Origin: an uncultured Gemmatimonadaceae bacterium
GTDB taxonomy: Bacteria > Gemmatimonadota > Gemmatimonadetes > Gemmatimonadales > Gemmatimonadaceae
DNA: 64,000 nucleotides
Assembly (NCBI GenBank): GCA_963822945.1
Contig: CAWGJO010000024.1
Location: forward strand, 32,001-96,000
Reading direction: 5' to 3'
A program made the position numbers and the translations under genes. The notes under the pieces were generated by a model that saw only the letters and a program-made list of their open reading frames with translations, made no database searches and was not told where the DNA came from. Positions 56,994-64,000 of the stretch are shown here, one piece after another. The first letter of the stretch is position 1. Each line of letters starts with the position of its first letter.

Positions 56994-57871
56994 TCGAGAT
57001 TCTCAACCTGTTCGCGAATCCGCTCCAACTCTTCCTTGATCACGACGACGTCGGCCACCACGGTGGCGTCGTTCGCCTTGCTGCCCGTCGTATTCGCTTC
57101 GCGCAACATCTCCTGCAGCAGGAATCCCAACCGCTTGCCCACCCCGTCGGTTCCCGCGCTCCCGATCGTGTCGCGGAAGGCCGCGATGTGGGCCCGGAAC
57201 CGCGACAACTCCTCACTCACGTCGAGCCGGTCGGCCAGGATCGCGATCTCCTGCTCCAGCCGCCCCTCGTCCAGCGCCACTCCGCCCGCGATCTCCTGCA
57301 CCGAGACCCGCAGCCGGTCGCGCTGTTCCACCAGTCGCTGCGGCGCCCGGTGGGCGATGCGATCCAACGCCGCCTCCACACTCGCCACCCGCTCATCGAG
57401 GTAGGCCACCAACCGCCCGCCCTCGGCTTCACGCATTTCGGTGAGCGCGGCCAGTGCGGCGTCCACCACCTTCACCAACTCGTCCGCCGTACCGCCTGCC
57501 GTCGGATCGCCACCACTCGTCACGATCACGTCGGGCAGGCGAAGGATTGCCGCCAGGTCCAGCGCATCCGGCGCGATGCCGAACCGCTGCTGCAACTCGC
57601 GCAACCGCGTGACGTACTGGCCGAACCGTTCCTCGTCGATGCCGGCCCCGGACTCCGCGGCCGACTCGAATCGCGCGGACACCGTGACCGCCCCGCGGCC
57701 GATCCCGCGCCGCAACGCTTCGCGAACCTCCGCTTCCCAACGCCCCAGCGCCGACGGAAGTTTGATCGATGGGTTGAAGAAACGGTGGTTGACTGAGCGC
57801 ACCTCGATGGTGACTCGCGCTCCTCCAACCACCCCTTCCGCGGTCCCGAACCCCGTCATGCTCCGTATCAT
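56990..57871 (-). CDS. yicC: YicC/YloC family endoribonuclease
   Basis: MIRSMTGFG, RSVNHR, QEMLREANTTGSK, REQVENLE. Confidence 0.95.
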   Translation of the reverse strand: MIRSMTGFGTAEGVVGGARVTIEVRSVNHRFFNPSIKLPSALGRWEAEVREALRRGIGRGAVTVSARFESAAESGAGIDEERFGQYVTRLRELQQRFGIAPDALDLAAILRLPDVIVTSGGDPTAGGTADELVKVVDAALAALTEMREAEGGRLVAYLDERVASVEAALDRIAHRAPQRLVEQRDRLRVSVQEIAGGVALDEGRLEQEIAILADRLDVSEELSRFRAHIAAFRDTIGSAGTDGVGKRLGFLLQEMLREANTTGSKANDATVVADVVVIKEELERIREQVENLE

Positions 57872-57883
57872 GGGCAGACTTGT

Positions 57884-57912
57884 AAGTTACGGAACCACAA
57901 CAACCTTGTCAA
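57884..57912 (-). promoter_or_regulatory. sigma70 promoter of the yicC-gmk-rpoZ operon
   Basis: TTGACA-N17-TAACTT; the -35 contains the upstream TGA stop. Confidence 0.75.
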
Positions 57913-59816
57913 TTCCAGAACTCCCAGCGAACACCGTAGATCGAGGTCTGCCGCGGCATCAGGAAGCCAGGCACCTGCATGTACTGCGCGCCAAGTGCAT
58001 TGGAGAACTGGTAGGAGATGACCGCGCGCTCGATCCGGATCTCCAGCTGGGCCCCGATGGACCGGTATCCCGGCATCCGGACCACGCTGGCGTTCGCCTC
58101 CGGAAAGTACGTGGCCGAACGATACTCGTGGGTGAGGCCGAAGAAGATGTGGAAGCTGTTGTCGGGGAACCGGTTGAGCAGCGAACTGCTCACGTAGAGT
58201 TGGGCGCGGGTCTGGTACTGCGGCCGGTACAGGCCGGTGGAATCGTCCCATCGCAGCGCATAGGCATCGGCGTGAACGGCCTTCCACAGACGTCCCTGCA
58301 CCGAGGCGAATCTGGCCGTGGCCGACCGTCCCGACGCCACCACCAGGGAATCGTCGACGAGCGTGGGTGCAACGAGCCGAGTGGCACCGCGGGTGATCAG
58401 CCCACCGTCCACCCATAGATCGTGCACCCGGAAGCCGGCTTCGAACCGGGCATATCCCGGGCTCAGTGCGCCGCCGGGAACGCGAGCGTCGCGTGAGGTA
58501 CCCATCGCCGCCGACAGCCGCAGGAAGCGGAGGGGCGCGAACACCGCGCTTGCTTCGCTTCGCGACGTGGAATCGATCCCCTTCCCTTCGGCGTAGGCCG
58601 ACACCCCCAGGCGCCACCAGTCGTAGCTGGCGCGGAGGCTTGGCACCAAGAGTCCGCGGGCCGGCCGGGGCTTCCCGGACGCGGCGCCGCTGTCGGGCGC
58701 CGGGTGGTCGAATGCGGCGAAGTACCGGGCCGTGCCGCTCAGACGAACCCCGCCTTCGGTGAGCCCGCCGGCGAGCACGTACTGGGCCCTGGATACCGCG
58801 GTGTCGCCGGGCGCTGTGGAGTCGGTGCTCGCGATCGCGCCCCCCGAGCCGCCGGAGTAGATGTATCGCGTGGTGGCGGCCGTTCCCTGAACCCAGGGTC
58901 CGCGGTCGGGATCCCCGTAGCCGATGCGCACGTAGGCGTCGCGGCGCGTCCCCTGCAGCCGCGGCACCGAGTCGCCGGTGTAGGGATCGATGATCACCCC
59001 GCGGTGCGAGCCCACCTGAAGCAGGAACGCGTCGACGCTGAACTTGCCGCGCGCCCACCCCAGGCGCCCCATGAGCGACAGCTGGTCGCTGGTTGCGCCG
59101 CCGCGGGTCGGGGCGGTGCCGTATTCCTGCACGCCGAACTGCAGCGCCTCGCCGTGCGCGAACCGTCGTCCGAAGTACCCGCGGTACAGGTTGGTCTGGT
59201 AATCGCCGGAGGTGATGTCGGTGCGCGTATACGGCGTGGTCCGGTCGACGCGCCAGGAATTGAGGTAGACGCGAATTTCGGAGGGGGAGCGCTCCACGGT
59301 CACGGCCTCGATGGGCCAGAGCGGAATCTGGGCGTAGTCCAGGGCCCCGCCGGTGTGTGGATCGAGCGAGGAATACTCCAAGCCGTCCAGGAACACCCGA
59401 ACGCGAGCCGCGTCGCCGAGGTACGTGGCGGTATTCGGGGCGGCCATCCAGCCGGTGCTGAACTGTGTCGCGCCCGGGATACGGGCCAGCAGATCGCCTA
59501 CCGTCCGGGCGCCGTAGGCGAAGATCTCCGTGCTATCCAGGTGATAGCTGCCCGACGAGTCGGCCACCGTGGGCTGCTCCGCATGCGCGAGCGGCGCCTT
59601 GATGGTGTCGCGCGGCACCGGCTTCTTGGCGGTATCGCCCGGCAACGGTACGAGGCCGCCGGTCGTGTCCCGCCTGGCCAGCGAGTCGCGCGGAGGAATC
59701 GTGTCGCGTCGCGTGACGGTGTCGCGCCCCTGGGCGAGGACCGTGCACGGCAAAACGGCCCCGACCAGGAGGCCGAGGCCGGCACACCGAAGTCCGCGTC
59801 GCCAGGAATCCGTCAG
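57909..59816 (-). CDS. Outer-membrane beta-barrel protein with TonB-receptor-like plug
   Basis: Signal peptide, plug-like TVGDLLARIPG...VRVFLDG...IEAVTVER, C-terminal YGVRWEFWN. Start uncertain, possibly CTG. Confidence 0.75.
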   Translation of the reverse strand: MTDSWRRGLRCAGLGLLVGAVLPCTVLAQGRDTVTRRDTIPPRDSLARRDTTGGLVPLPGDTAKKPVPRDTIKAPLAHAEQPTVADSSGSYHLDSTEIFAYGARTVGDLLARIPGATQFSTGWMAAPNTATYLGDAARVRVFLDGLEYSSLDPHTGGALDYAQIPLWPIEAVTVERSPSEIRVYLNSWRVDRTTPYTRTDITSGDYQTNLYRGYFGRRFAHGEALQFGVQEYGTAPTRGGATSDQLSLMGRLGWARGKFSVDAFLLQVGSHRGVIIDPYTGDSVPRLQGTRRDAYVRIGYGDPDRGPWVQGTAATTRYIYSGGSGGAIASTDSTAPGDTAVSRAQYVLAGGLTEGGVRLSGTARYFAAFDHPAPDSGAASGKPRPARGLLVPSLRASYDWWRLGVSAYAEGKGIDSTSRSEASAVFAPLRFLRLSAAMGTSRDARVPGGALSPGYARFEAGFRVHDLWVDGGLITRGATRLVAPTLVDDSLVVASGRSATARFASVQGRLWKAVHADAYALRWDDSTGLYRPQYQTRAQLYVSSSLLNRFPDNSFHIFFGLTHEYRSATYFPEANASVVRMPGYRSIGAQLEIRIERAVISYQFSNALGAQYMQVPGFLMPRQTSIYGVRWEFWN

Positions 59817-61292
59817 CGCGCCCGCCCTCGTACGAGTTCCACGAAGATGCCGACCGGCACGCCCGTGGGGCCCGCCGGTATGATGCCCAGGTCGGTCTCG
59901 CTGTACGCTGTGCCGGCGACGTCGAGGTGCACCCAGGGATACGACTCGGCGAATTCTGCCAGGAAGAGCGCGGCCGTGATGGTGCCCGCCGCGCGCCCGC
60001 CCACGTTCTTGATGTCCGCCACCTCGGACTTGATGAGCGCCTTGTACTCGTCCCAGATCGGCAGACGCCATCCGCGCTGGCCCGATCGCGTCGCCGGCGT
60101 CCAGCACCTCCTGCACCAGCGCGTCGTCGCTGCCCAACACGGCGGTGGCCGTGTGCCCCAACGCGATGACGCAGGCGCCGGTGAGCGTGGCCGCGTCCAC
60201 CACCGCCGCGGGATCGTATCGACGAGCGTACGAGAGCACATCGGCCAGCACGAGGCGCCCTTCGGCGTCGGTGTTGATGACCTCGATGTACTTGCCGAGG
60301 TGGCTCTTCACCACGTCGCCCGGTTTGACCGCCGTGCCCGAAGGCATGTTGGTGGTCGACCCGACGAGCCCGACGACGTTCACCTTGAGGCCCAGACGCC
60401 CGATGGTCTCCATGGCGCCCAGCACGCCGGCGGCGCCGCACATGTCGTACTTCATCCACTCCATGCTGGCCGACGGCTTGATGGAGATGCCGCCCGAATC
60501 GAAGCACAATCCCTTGCCGACGAGCGCGACGGGCTTGGCCTTCGCCGCGCCCTTTCGGTAGTCGAGCACGATGAGCTTGGGATCCTGGGGTGTGCCCTGC
60601 GCGACGGCCAGGAACGAACCCATGCCCTCCTTCTCCATCTCGGCGCGACCCAGGACGGTGCACTGCATGCCGTGCCGCGTGGCGATGTCGCGCGCCGTGT
60701 CGGCCAGAAACTCCGGCGTGCACAGATTGCCCGGCATCATGCCCAGCGTGCGGGCCAGCGACTGCCCGGCGCCGATGGCCGTGCCCACCTCCACTCCGCG
60801 CTGGACCGCGGCGGCGTCGGTCGCGACCACCACGGCGCTGCTCACCGGTGCCCGCCGTTCGTCCTCGGGAGGCGGCGTCTTCACGTCCTCGTATCGCCAC
60901 GACCCGTCGATCAGTCCGACGGTGACCGCTTCGGCTTCCACCGCATCGAGCGATCCGGCATGAAACGCCAGCGAGCCGGTGCCGATCTTCCCGGCCTGCC
61001 GGGCCGCCAGCGTGGCCGCGCGCCGCAACGCATCGGTGCGACGCGCGACCTTGCCCATTCCGACCAGGAGCACGCGCCGGACGCCGGACGCCGAACCGCC
61101 GAGAAAGAGCAGTTCGTCGCGCCCGCCGCGGAAATCACGCGCCGCGAGGGCGCGTCCCAGCGCACCGGCCGTCGCCGCGTCGGCCCCCGCCAACTCGGCG
61201 GTGAGCCCCGCTCCCGCCGGAAGCGCGATGGCAAGGAGTGGTGTGTCCAGCTTCGCGAAATCCGGAGGTGCCACCGTGATCGGAATCGTCAT
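59813..61292 (-). CDS. pepA: Leucyl aminopeptidase (apparent +1 indel near 60092)
   Basis: [33 protein letters not shown], then WRLP...ADIKN...WVHLDVAG in the second frame. Confidence 0.95.
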
Positions 61293-61334
61293 GAATCTCT
61301 GGGCTAGAGGGGCCGCGCGCGGCGCGCGAATCGA

Positions 61335-62584
61335 TCAGCTGTCCATTCCCTTGATGATCTGGTCGCCGAACGCCGAGGTCGAGATCTCGCGTGGCGCCGG
61401 GCATCTGGCGGGCCAGGTCGTAGGTCACGTGCTTGGACGCGATTGCGTTCTCGAGCCCCTGCACGATCAGCTTTCCGGCCTCGTCCCACCCCATGTACTC
61501 CAGCATCATGACGCCGGACAGGATCACGCTCCCCGGGTTGATCTTGTCGAGGTTGGCGTACTTGGGCGCGGTGCCGTGCGTGGCTTCGAATACCGCCACG
61601 CCATCGCCAACGTTCCCGCCCGGGGCGATCCCGAGCCCGCCCACCTGGGCGGCCGCCGCGTCGGAGAGGTAGTCACCGTTCAGGTTCGGGGTCGCGAGCA
61701 CCGAGTACTCGTTCGGACGCAGGAGCAGTTGCTGGAACATCGAATCGGCGATGCGATCCTTGATCACCACGGCATCGGCGCGGGCCGAACTCCCAGCCTT
61801 GCCCAGATCGGACTCGGCCACGCACTGGTCGCCGAAATCGGCGCGAGCCACCTCGTAGCCCCAGTCGCGGAAGGCGCCTTCGGTGAACTTCATGATGTTG
61901 CCCTTATGCACCATGGTCACCGACGGCAGGTTGTGCTTGAGCGCGTACTGGATGGCCATGCGGACCAGCCGCTTGGAGCCGAATTCCGACATCGGCTTGA
62001 TGCCGATGGCCGACTGGTCGCGGATGTTCTTGCCCAGTTCCTTGTTGATGAACTGGATGAGCTTCTCCGCCTCCGGCGAGCCGGCCTTCCATTCGATGCC
62101 CGCGTACACGTCCTCGGTGTTCTCGCGGAACACGACGATGTTGAGCAAGCCCGGCTGCTTCATCGGGCTGCCGCACGCCCTCGAAGTACCGCACCGGGCG
62201 AATGCAGGCGTACAGGTCGAGCATCTGGCGCAACGCCACGTTCAGCGAGCGGATGCCGCCGCCGATCGGCGTCGTGAGCGGTCCCTTGATGGAAACCCGG
62301 AACTCGCGCAACGCCTCGACGGTCTCCTCGGGCAGCCATTCCTTGCAGAGGGTGAAGGCCTTCTCACCCGCGAACACCTCCATCCACGAGATCTTTCGCT
62401 TGCCCTTGTAGGCCTTGGCCACGGCCGCGTCGAACACGCGCACCGAAGCGCGCCAGATGTCGGCGCCGGTGCCGTCCCCTTCGATGAACGGGACGATCGG
62501 ATGGTCGGGGACCTTCAACTCCCCGTTCTCGTACTGGATGCGGTCCCCGTGCTCGGGGACCTTCGCGTATTTATACGTCGCCAT
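61335..62584 (-). CDS. icd: Isocitrate dehydrogenase, NADP-dependent type (apparent +1 indels near 62173 and 61389)
   Basis: [46 protein letters not shown]. True end [17 protein letters not shown] lies in a shifted frame. Confidence 0.95.
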
Positions 62585-62634
62585 TGGGGGCGCCTATAGA
62601 AAACGGTGAAACCGCATGAGGATGAGCGTGGCGA

Positions 62635-62664
62635 AAGCTACAGAGCGGGCGGGACGCCGGGCAA
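62635..62664 (-). promoter_or_regulatory. Putative sigma70 promoter of icd
   Basis: TTGCCC-N18-TAGCTT. Confidence 0.45.
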
Positions 62665-62709
62665 CCGCTCGACGGTGACATTCGTGTGATTTTCCAGGCG
62701 CGCGCGGCG

Positions 62710-63970
62710 TCAGGACCCGGTGCTCGCTCCATCGCCGAGGGCGTCGGCGGGCACCGGCACGAGCGGCGAACGCACCCGCGGTGCCTGCCAGCCGAACATC
62801 TGCTGGAGCGCGGCGCCGCACACGCGCCCCTGGCAGGCTCCCATTCCGGCACGCGTCGCCAGCTTGGCCTGACGGGCTCCCCACTCCGGCTGGAGATCGC
62901 CGCGCCGCACGTCTTCGCAGCGGCAGATCACCGTCGTCGCGTCGACGCGCTCGCTCAACTCGCGTCGGGGCGCGAACGCCGCGCTCATGCGTCGCGCGAA
63001 TGCACGGCCGGCCGCTCCACGTCGAGCGCGAGGCGCCGGAGCCACCGCCGGCCGCCACCGCACCGGCGATGGCTCCCTCGGTCAGGGCGGCGTCCTCGCC
63101 CGCGACGCCGGTGCATTCCCCGGCCGCGTACACGCCCGCCACGGACGTGCGCTGCCCGCCGTCGACCACGAGCGCGCCCCCGACGACGTCGCACCCCATC
63201 GACAACCCGACCTCCACGTTCGGGATGAGCCCGCACGCCGTCGCCAGGATGTCGCAGTCCAACGTCCACCGCCGGCGCCCGTCGGTCATCGTCACCCGTT
63301 CGAGGCGGTCGCCGCCCTCGGCTCGCTCGATCCAGGTACCAGTGCGCAGCGGCGTTCCACGGAAGGCCGAGCGGTAGGAGACAGCCGCGGCGAGCTTGGC
63401 GGGCGACCGCCAGAGCGACGCGGCGAAGGCCACCAACCGGCGCCGGTCTGCCTGTTCGCACACGGCCAGCAGCTCGGCGCCCGAGGCGGCCACGGTGGCC
63501 GCCACCGGGAAGAGGAGCGGCCCGGTGCCGGCGATCACCACGCGCTTGCCATGCACGCCGAGGCCGCTCTTGATCAGTGCCTGGAGCCCGCCCACGCCGA
63601 ACACGTTGGGAAGTGTCCAGCCGGGGAACGGCAGGAAGAGTTCGCGCGCCCCGGTGGCCAGCACGACCGCGCGGGCGCGGAGTTCGATCGGCCCCCGGGG
63701 GCCAACGAGCGACAGCACGCCCGGTTCCGCCGTCGCAACGGCGGTGTTCGGGAGATACTCGGCCCCGCACGCGCGGAATCGCGCCAGCCAGTCACGCCCA
63801 CGGTCGGGAAGTTGCGTGGACTCCTGATTGCGCCAGATCTGGCCGCCGAGGTGCGCGGACTGGTCCACGACGACAACGCTTGCCCCGGCCTGGGCGGCGT
63901 GCACGGCGGCGGCAAGCCCGGCCGGACCTGCCCCGATCACGGCCACGTCGGCTTCACGACGGTCAGCCAA
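62710..63970 (-). CDS. FAD/NAD(P)-dependent oxidoreductase, HcnB/OoxA-like, with C-terminal BFD-like domain (apparent +1 indel at about 63030-63050)
   Basis: IGAGPAG, LATGARE..FPGWTLP, YAAGE, then VICRCEDV...GMGACQGRVCG in the second frame. Confidence 0.85.
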
Positions 63971-64000
63971 CGTCCCGGCTCTCCGTGGTGATCGACATGC
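63963..64000 (-). CDS. C-terminal end of a probable HcnA-like 2Fe-2S subunit (partial)
   Basis: Reads ...MSITTESRDVG*, overlapping the oxidoreductase start. Identity inferred only from context and the xMxIxT tail. Confidence 0.4.
   Translation of the reverse strand, partial: MSITTESRDVG

Noticed and set aside
57909..61292. 1127-aa aminopeptidase-outer membrane protein fusion
   Set aside because: The PepA C-terminus is intact in another frame (stop at 59813). The fusion comes from the indel near 60092.
62672..62695. CRP/FNR-like site upstream of icd (GGTGA-N6-TGTGA)
   Set aside because: The half-sites are direct rather than inverted, so it does not fit the consensus.

Overview
A high-GC bacterial core-genome window. 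Gene content and order suggest Gemmatimonadota or a relative; this is an inference, no search was run. About 66 genes are tightly packed, all on the minus strand except dcd, and most are translationally coupled. In coordinate order: xerD (partial), DedA, ispF, the futalosine menaquinone genes mqnC/A/E, fatty-acid synthesis (fabF, acpP, fabG, fabD, fabH, plsX), rpmF, yceD, a TonB-dependent receptor, ndk, sucDC, carbamate kinase, UPF0182, PMM/PGM, a complete nuoA-N operon, dcd, sdhBAC, mdh, moaAED, an HU/IHF gene, carA, secG, tpiA, pgk, gap, comF, aroE, an LMW phosphatase, tsaC, ispD, radA, dnaB, udg, coaBC, rpoZ, gmk, yicC, a plug/beta-barrel protein, pepA, icd and an HcnB/HcnA-like oxidoreductase pair. 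I saw no rRNA, tRNA, CRISPR array, prophage or transposase. Eleven genes carry 13 single-base indels that look like consensus errors, and two giant ORF-track 'fusions' are artefacts of them. The best leads are a 190-bp nested palindrome with 13-bp terminal inverted repeats and 9-nt periodic arms between dcd and sdhB, a Rex-like operator in the nuoA leader, the wobble-position pattern of the insertions, and two outer-membrane proteins coupled into housekeeping operons. I found no clearly new multi-gene system.
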